This document shows positions 26,001-31,607 of a DNA stretch of 31,607 bases, one piece after another. The stretch lies in contig JBHHVD010000032.1 of the NCBI GenBank assembly GCA_046754105.1, positions 1 to 31,607 on the forward strand, read 5' to 3'. Both the position numbers and the translations under genes were made by a program. The DNA is from Candidatus Krumholzibacteriia bacterium (lineage in GTDB: Bacteria; Krumholzibacteriota; Krumholzibacteriia; WVZY01). Each line of letters begins with the position of its first letter. The first letter of the stretch is position 1. The notes under the pieces were generated by a model. It searched no databases. It worked only from the letters and a program-made list of their open reading frames with translations, and was not told the DNA's origin.

Positions 26001-27644
26001 ATGCGAGTACTGTTCATCTATACGGACATAGGGATCTCCGTCGGTTATTCATGCGGTATTGGAGTGCTGTCTGCGTATCTCCGGCAGCACGGCCACGAGA
26101 CCAAGCTGCTCCACGTATCCGACGAGCTCGGCTACTCACTCGACGTCGAGAAGATCGTTCGGGAAGTGCTCGAATACAACCCGGGGCTGATTGCGTTTTC
26201 GAGCGTCACGAACCAGTGGTTCTACGTCAAGACGATTGCCAAGTTCATCCGCCGCGCCTGCAATATTCCGATCGTGGTGGGCGGCCACCACGCCAACGCG
26301 GCGGCGGGCGAGATCATCCGTGAAAAAGCCGTCGACTTTGCGTGCAAAGGCGAAGGCGAGATTCCCCTGCTTGAGCTCGTCAACCGGCTGGAGGGGGCAG
26401 GGCCCGTCGAGAGCACTCCCAACATGATCGCCAAGTCTTCCAACGGGCACGCGCCCCGGGCGACGGTGGCAACGGGGACGTTCGGTGATCAAGTCGTCGA
26501 AGGTGCTTGCGCGTCGCCAAAGGCCAGCACCTACGCCCTGGAGGACGGGACGGTCGTCATCGATAACCCCGTCGACCGGTGGATCGACGACCTCGATTCT
26601 CTGCCGTTCGAGGACCGCGAGGTTTTCGACTACGACCGTATCGTGAAAACACGCCACGGGTGGGCCGAGGTCATCGCCTCGCGCGGCTGCCCGTACGCCT
26701 GCACGTACTGCTTCAACCTGCCGTTCTTCGAGATGTACAAGAACGACCTCAAGGATACGGACAAGGGTGTAAAGATAAAGAACTTCGTACGCCGCCGCAG
26801 CGTGGAGTCGACCGTGGAGATGTTGCGCGCCGTGAAGGACAAGTACCCCAACGTTCAGTATTTTACTTTTGTCGACGACGTTTTCGCCATCTATTCGCGC
26901 TGGCTGGCCGACCTGGCGCCGGTGTACAGGGACGGGGTCGGTCTTCCGTTCGCGGCAACCTCGCAGCCGCTGGCCTTCAACGAAAAAATTGCCCGCCTCT
27001 TGAAGGAAATGGGGTGCAAGGTCGTTAAGATGGGCGTCGAAGCCGGCAACCTCGAAATCCGCAACCGCGTCCTCAACCGGAATATCCCCGACCGGGTTCT
27101 CATCGAGGACTTCGCGCTGGCCCGCAGGTACGGCCTCAAGCCGCAGGCGTTCAACATGATCGGCCTTCCCACCGAGACCAAGGAAAACATGTTGGAAACG
27201 GTGAGGCTCAACGCCAAGCTGAGGTCCTATATCGTCTGGGTATCCACATTCATGCCGTACCCGGGCACCGTGCTCGACACGTTTTGCCACGAAAACGATC
27301 TGATCGACGATTCGCGCTGGGATGACGTCAAGAGTTACCGTGGCGGCAGCGTCTTGAAGGAAACCACTTTCACGCACCTCGATCTCGAAAAAGTGCGGGT
27401 GATGTTCCGCTGGTACCTCAACAGGTCCCTCGACAACGACTGCTCGGAGGAATACGGCAGAAATATCGAGGAACTCTCGGGCCTCGGCGACGACAAGTGG
27501 ATGACCGGGGACGTGGAAAAAATCTGGCAGGAGCGCGAACCCGAATTGGACAAGAAGTACCGCAAGCAGAAAGTCGACCACTATGTCGGCAAGAAGTACG
27601 TCAACATGTTCTGGGCGAAGGAATACGACTACGACTTGTCGTAG
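26001..27644 (+). CDS. B12-binding-domain radical SAM protein
   Basis: N-terminal cobalamin-binding-like domain (GIGVLSAYL, VVGGHHAN, GEGEIPLLEL). SRGCPYACTYC (CxxxCxxC), FVDDVF, MGVEAGN, NMIGLPTET and PYPGT motifs. RBS GGAGGG. Confidence 0.92.
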   Translation: MRVLFIYTDIGISVGYSCGIGVLSAYLRQHGHETKLLHVSDELGYSLDVEKIVREVLEYNPGLIAFSSVTNQWFYVKTIAKFIRRACNIPIVVGGHHANAAAGEIIREKAVDFACKGEGEIPLLELVNRLEGAGPVESTPNMIAKSSNGHAPRATVATGTFGDQVVEGACASPKASTYALEDGTVVIDNPVDRWIDDLDSLPFEDREVFDYDRIVKTRHGWAEVIASRGCPYACTYCFNLPFFEMYKNDLKDTDKGVKIKNFVRRRSVESTVEMLRAVKDKYPNVQYFTFVDDVFAIYSRWLADLAPVYRDGVGLPFAATSQPLAFNEKIARLLKEMGCKVVKMGVEAGNLEIRNRVLNRNIPDRVLIEDFALARRYGLKPQAFNMIGLPTETKENMLETVRLNAKLRSYIVWVSTFMPYPGTVLDTFCHENDLIDDSRWDDVKSYRGGSVLKETTFTHLDLEKVRVMFRWYLNRSLDNDCSEEYGRNIEELSGLGDDKWMTGDVEKIWQEREPELDKKYRKQKVDHYVGKKYVNMFWAKEYDYDLS

Positions 27645-27676
27645 TCCGGCGCCGCCCTTTGAACGGGAAGGCACAC

Positions 27677-27922
27677 GTGCTGTGCAGTAACGGTCACGAA
27701 ATGAAACAAGTGGGGCTTACCCGGACCAGCCGAACCGTGGAAGAAGTCGTTTACGTGAAGGAGCGAATTAAACACTTCAACCGCGAAGGCTCGGAATACT
27801 GGGCCGAAGTCAACGTGCCAGATATCGTCGAGAAGACGCAGGAGATGAATCGCATCGAGTACTCCTGCGACGAATGCGGTGAAAGCGCGGTGGTTGAAGA
27901 AGAAGCGGCTAAGAAAGCGTAG
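27677..27922 (+). CDS. Small Zn-ribbon-like protein (81 aa), hypothetical
   Basis: RBS-like GGGAAGG before GTG at 27677. Reads MLCSNGHEM...YSCDECGES: a CxxGH knuckle and a CxxC knuckle about 55 aa apart. Confidence 0.65.
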   Translation: MLCSNGHEMKQVGLTRTSRTVEEVVYVKERIKHFNREGSEYWAEVNVPDIVEKTQEMNRIEYSCDECGESAVVEEEAAKKA

Positions 27923-27934
27923 CAAGAAGCGTCT

Positions 27935-27964
27935 TCGAGATACCCCCCAAGGTCGTTATATTAT
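27935..27964 (+). promoter_or_regulatory. Possible internal promoter upstream of the Rieske gene
   Basis: TCGAGA followed by TATATT (16 bp spacer) or TATTAT (18 bp spacer) in an AT-rich patch. Confidence 0.3.
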
Positions 27965-27982
27965 CACTGGTTTGGCAGATGA

Positions 27983-28007
27983 GCCTGCCGGGCACTGCCC
28001 GGCAGGC
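27983..28007. repeat. Perfect 11-bp inverted repeat (hairpin)
   Basis: GCCTGCCGGGC-ACT-GCCCGGCAGGC, with no U-tract on either strand. Confidence 0.7.
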
Positions 28008-28043
28008 CGTCGTACCTCAATCAGCATCGATCGGAGCGGTTCT

Positions 28044-28415
28044 ATGTCTGAATGGGTGAAAGTGGCCGAGGTCGATGACCTCGGGCCGGGAGAAGGTTTC
28101 GAGACCGAACTGGAAGTGAACGGCGAGATGATCGGCCTGTTCTTCATCGACGGCAAGTACTACGCACTTGGGGAATGTCCCCATGAACGTGGACCGCTCT
28201 GCCAGGGCATCATCGAGGGCACGCAGGTCATGTGCCCCTGGCATTCGGCCAGATTCGAAATTACGACCGGCGAATGCGTCGAAGGCCCGAACGCGTGCCG
28301 CGTATCGGGAGACGTCAGCGTGGGAAAAGAGACGACGATAGAGACGTTACCGGCGTGTGATACGTACGAGACCAAAGTCGAGGGCAACGACGTTTTCGTG
28401 CTCGCAAGAGAGTGA
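28044..28415 (+). CDS. Rieske-type [2Fe-2S] ferredoxin
   Basis: RBS GGAG before ATG at 28044. CPH...CPWH Rieske motifs, with typical WVKVA start and VEGNDVFV end. Confidence 0.88.
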   Translation: MSEWVKVAEVDDLGPGEGFETELEVNGEMIGLFFIDGKYYALGECPHERGPLCQGIIEGTQVMCPWHSARFEITTGECVEGPNACRVSGDVSVGKETTIETLPACDTYETKVEGNDVFVLARE

Positions 28416-29722
28416 TTCGCATGACGCCGACGGCGGACGATCGCACGATTATTCTGGGAGGTGGCCTGGCGGGCCTCTCGGCAGGGATGTACAGTGGTGC
28501 GCCGGTCTACGAGGCCAACGGCGAAGTCGGAGGCGTCGCTGCGTCGGACACCGTAGATGGCTTTACGTTTGACCGCGGTATTCACATCCTGCAAACTACG
28601 AGCGGGAAAGTGCTCGACCTCCTCGCGGAAATCGGCGTCCGGCTGGAGACGCACCAGCGAAACGCCTTTATCTTCTCGCGTGGAACGTACACTCCCTACC
28701 CGTTCCAGGTCAACACGGCCGGGCTGCCGCTTGGCCTGCGCGCCCACTGCGTGTGGAGTTTCTTGAACCGCTCCGCGAATAAGACGTCGCCCACCAATTA
28801 CGAGGAATGGATGTATCGAACCCTGGGCAAGGGGTTCGCCAGGACCTTTCTCATTCCCTACAGCGAGAAATTCTGGACGATTCCGCCCCGGGAGATGACG
28901 TTCGAGTGGACCGGCAACCGCGTGCCCAGGCCGAACGTCTGGCAGGTCCTGCGCGGCGCGGTATGGAACAAACAGACGAAGATCGGGACCAATGTCGATT
29001 TTCGGTATCCGGTAAGCGGGGTCGGTTACGGCACTATCGCCCGGGCTCTGGCGGATCGCGTGGGCGAGGTTCATCTAGGCCACCGCGCCACGAGCGTGGA
29101 TGTCGACAGCCGTAGGGTCCATTTCGATAACGGCGCGGATGTGCCGTACGATTCCCTCATCAGCACCATCCCGTTGCCCAGGCTCGTGGGGATGAGCCCG
29201 AACGCGCCGGAACGCGTAAGGGCGGCCGCAGCAAAGCTGCGCACGAACGCCATCATGGTGGTCAACCTCGGCATCGATCGCCCTGCGATCTCTGACCGCC
29301 ACTGGGTGCACTTTCCCGAGAAAGACGTCTCCTTTTTCCGAATCAGTTACCCGCACAATTTTGCCGAGAACGTTACGCCTCCGGGGATGTCGTCGATTTC
29401 GGCGGAGGTGGCCTACGACCGCCGGGAGCCGCCGGACGCGTCGGCGCTGGCTCGCCGGGTGAAGGATGATTTGATCCGCGTCGGCGCGATGGACGCGGAC
29501 GCCCCCGTCGTGACCACATTGACGCGGGACATCCCTTACGCCTACTGTATTTACGACATGCATCGCGGCGCGGCCGTCAAGACCATCCGCGCCTGGCTCG
29601 CAGCGGCACGGATTATTCCCGCCGGCCGCTACGGCCTGTGGTCGTATTTCTGGAGCGACGAAGCCATCCTCAGCGGCAGAAATGCCGCTCAAAAGGTGTA
29701 CAAGATGCGCGAGGCTGCGTAG
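28412..29722 (+). CDS. FAD-dependent oxidoreductase, HemY / UDP-galactopyranose-mutase-like
   Basis: IILGGGLAGLS, FDRGIH, YPFQ, PYSEKFW, WTGNRVP, FRYP, FFRIS and GRYGLWSY motifs. GTGA overlap with the Rieske stop; ATG at 28421 is an alternative start. Confidence 0.85.
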   Translation: MIRMTPTADDRTIILGGGLAGLSAGMYSGAPVYEANGEVGGVAASDTVDGFTFDRGIHILQTTSGKVLDLLAEIGVRLETHQRNAFIFSRGTYTPYPFQVNTAGLPLGLRAHCVWSFLNRSANKTSPTNYEEWMYRTLGKGFARTFLIPYSEKFWTIPPREMTFEWTGNRVPRPNVWQVLRGAVWNKQTKIGTNVDFRYPVSGVGYGTIARALADRVGEVHLGHRATSVDVDSRRVHFDNGADVPYDSLISTIPLPRLVGMSPNAPERVRAAAAKLRTNAIMVVNLGIDRPAISDRHWVHFPEKDVSFFRISYPHNFAENVTPPGMSSISAEVAYDRREPPDASALARRVKDDLIRVGAMDADAPVVTTLTRDIPYAYCIYDMHRGAAVKTIRAWLAAARIIPAGRYGLWSYFWSDEAILSGRNAAQKVYKMREAA

Positions 29723-29738
29723 CCTCGATAGTGCGCGA

Positions 29739-29767
29739 TTGAAAACCGCCGCCATTCCTGCTATAAT
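29739..29767 (+). promoter_or_regulatory. sigma70 promoter for the right-hand secreted protein gene
   Basis: TTGAAA-17 bp-TATAAT with an extended -10 (TGc). Confidence 0.78.
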
Positions 29768-29891
29768 AGGCGGCACTGCACGGCCGAGCCCGGAGGCCTG
29801 CGGAGAAGCTTTCCCCTCGTGCCGCAGTAAGCTCATCAGATTTCCATACCTTGTAGAGGTCGCAGCAATTGCCCACTCCCTGGAGGATCCC

Positions 29892-31607
29892 GTGTCGCAA
29901 ACGCTACATACGTCTCACCAAAGAAGGGCGCGCGCTCTGCTGTTGGTTCTGACGCTCGCCGTCTTCGCGATCCCGGCCGGTGCCGCGATACAATCGGATA
30001 CGCAGCTCCTCGAGGTGCCCGACGACGTGTACTGGGAACCCAACTCGAGCCTGGTTGGCCCGCAGGGCCTCGTGGACGCGCTCGTCGTGGACGGGACCGA
30101 CCTCTACGTCGGCGGTCATTTCGAACAGATCGGTGGCCAGCCCATCCACCACCTCGCAAGGTGGGACGGCGCGCAGTGGAACGAGATCGGGGGCGGCGTT
30201 GGGATGCCGACCGGGGGTCTGGTTCACCGGATCATCGTCGACGGAAACAAGGTCTACGCGGCCGGCTGTTTTACCGTCGTGGGTGGGATGCTGCCGGTGT
30301 GCAATATCGCCATGTGGGACGGGACCATGTGGGACATGATGGGCGGCGGGACGAACCGGGCCGTCCGCGCCATTGCGATCGGTCCGAACGGAGACCTGTT
30401 CGTCGGCGGTGAGTTTACGATGGTGGGTGGCCCGGGAGGCATCATGGCCAGAGGCATCGCTCGCTGGGATGGGCAACAGTGGCACGCGCTGGGGACCGGG
30501 ATTGACAATCACGTGTCTTCGATCGCCGTGCGCGGTAACAGCGTCTTCATCGGAGGGGCGTTCCGCACCGCCGGCGGCAAGGCGGCGAACTTCGTGGCGC
30601 GTTGGGACGGAACCGATTGGCAAACACTCGCAACCGGGGTCAACAACCTCGTAACGGCCCTGGCGACGACGACCACCGATGTGTACGTAGGTGGTATGTT
30701 TTCCAGGGCGGATGGGCGACCCGCGAGCCGCATCGCGCGGTGGGCCGGCGGGCGCTGGTTCGACATGGGCGGGGGGGTGAGCGGTCCGGGAGCCGCCGCC
30801 GTGCGGGAAATCTACGTCGACGGCGACTATCTCTACGTAGGGGGGTTCTTCCGCTGGGCGGGGGGCGCTCCGGCGAATTACGTCGCGATGTGGGACGGTA
30901 CGCAGTGGGGTGCTCTGGGGAGCGGCACGGATTTCTCGGTTAAGTGTTTCGCGCGCAGCGGCAGCGACATGATGTACGTCGGCGGCGAGTTTCGCTCGGC
31001 GGGCGGAAAGACTTCGAACTACCTGGCGCACTGGACCCGGTCTGAGCCTGTGCCCGTCTATTTTCTCGGGTTTTTCGCGGACCTGGTCGATAACGCCGTA
31101 AAACTCAGATGGAACGTCTCCTACGACGAGCCGATCGCCGGGTTTCGCATATACCGCTCACGCGCGGGTGACGCAGTGGAAGAAGCGCTCAACGACGGGC
31201 GGCTGCTACCGACAACGAAGCGTGATTTTACGGACGAGCGCATAAGCGGTGGCACCGATTACCGGTACGTGGTGGGCGCCGTTCGCCCCGATGGATCGGA
31301 GATCCGGTCGCGGGTGATCGCGGTCGAGACACCGGAGTTTTCCGTAATCCTCGAGCAGAACCACCCCAATCCGTTCAATCCGGCCACGACCGTTCGGTTT
31401 GCCCTCCCGCGGCAGACCCGCGTCACGCTGACAATCTACGATGCCCGTGGCGCGCGCGTCCGAACCCTCGTTGACGGCGTCCGGCCCGCGGGGATCAACC
31501 AGGCGTCCTGGAATGGACTGAACGAGCAAGGCTCCCGCGCCACCACCGGTGTTTACTTCTACCGCCTGCAGGCGGGCAACACCGCGCTGACCCGGAAAAT
31601 GACGCTA
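29892..31607 (+). CDS. Secreted 7-repeat beta-propeller protein with FN3-like domain and T9SS type A / FlgD-Ig-like CTD; 3' end runs off the window
   Basis: Translated by hand; absent from the ORF track. RBS GGAGGA before GTG at 29892. Signal peptide (RRARALLLVLTLAVFAIPAGA). Seven repeats of (L/V)YVGGxF...(I/L/V)AxWDGxxW. Then EPVPVYF...GFRIYRS and LEQNHPNPFNPATTVRF...GVYFYRL...TRKMTL. 572 codons in the window. Confidence 0.9.
   Translation, partial: MSQTLHTSHQRRARALLLVLTLAVFAIPAGAAIQSDTQLLEVPDDVYWEPNSSLVGPQGLVDALVVDGTDLYVGGHFEQIGGQPIHHLARWDGAQWNEIGGGVGMPTGGLVHRIIVDGNKVYAAGCFTVVGGMLPVCNIAMWDGTMWDMMGGGTNRAVRAIAIGPNGDLFVGGEFTMVGGPGGIMARGIARWDGQQWHALGTGIDNHVSSIAVRGNSVFIGGAFRTAGGKAANFVARWDGTDWQTLATGVNNLVTALATTTTDVYVGGMFSRADGRPASRIARWAGGRWFDMGGGVSGPGAAAVREIYVDGDYLYVGGFFRWAGGAPANYVAMWDGTQWGALGSGTDFSVKCFARSGSDMMYVGGEFRSAGGKTSNYLAHWTRSEPVPVYFLGFFADLVDNAVKLRWNVSYDEPIAGFRIYRSRAGDAVEEALNDGRLLPTTKRDFTDERISGGTDYRYVVGAVRPDGSEIRSRVIAVETPEFSVILEQNHPNPFNPATTVRFALPRQTRVTLTIYDARGARVRTLVDGVRPAGINQASWNGLNEQGSRATTGVYFYRLQAGNTALTRKMTL

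Noticed and set aside
26136..27674. 512-aa minus-strand ORF
   Set aside because: Antisense shadow of the radical SAM gene.
27677..27922. Small ORF as a RiPP precursor for the radical SAM
   Set aside because: No leader/core pattern, RRE, SPASM domain, peptidase or transporter is present; the paired knuckles fit a folded metal-binding protein better.
27983..28007. Hairpin as an intrinsic terminator or REP/MITE
   Set aside because: No U-tract on either strand and no second copy noticed in the window; kept only as an inverted repeat.
29904..31031. 375-aa minus-strand ORF with apparent repeats
   Set aside because: Mirror of the repeats in the real plus-strand propeller gene.
1..31607. CRISPR arrays, tRNA/rRNA, transposases, integrases
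   Set aside because: No regularly spaced repeats, RNA-gene signatures or recombinase motifs were seen by eye; the intergenic gaps are short and otherwise explained.

Overview
GC-rich bacterial sequence. It is probably from an FCB-related lineage such as Krumholzibacteriota, Latescibacterota or Eisenbacteria; this is inferred only from two secreted proteins with 'PVPV-FN3-like-LxQNxPNPFNPxT...RKMxL' C-termini. Contents in order: (1) a secreted Asp-box beta-propeller protein with a T9SS type A/FlgD-Ig-like C-terminal domain (CTD), truncated at the left edge and missing from the ORF track; (2) an OmpA-family lipoprotein; (3) a 4-hydroxybenzoyl-CoA reductase-like (hcrCAB) molybdo-flavo-FeS operon whose Mo subunit has Gln where the family has its catalytic Glu; (4) two paralogous CX4CH monoheme cytochrome c domains, one a lipoprotein and one fused to a DUF5777-like outer-membrane beta-barrel; (5) a ~15.7 kb Wzx/Wzy-type polysaccharide cluster with several tailoring genes and an overlooked small membrane protein; (6) a divergent cassette of B12-binding radical SAM, Zn-ribbon-like protein, Rieske ferredoxin and UDP-galactopyranose-mutase-like flavoprotein; (7) a second secreted 7-repeat propeller protein with the same CTD, truncated at the right edge. 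Four near-consensus sigma70 promoters with long structured leaders are visible. I saw no tRNA, rRNA, CRISPR array or mobile element. All family assignments come from reading motifs by eye; no searches were run.
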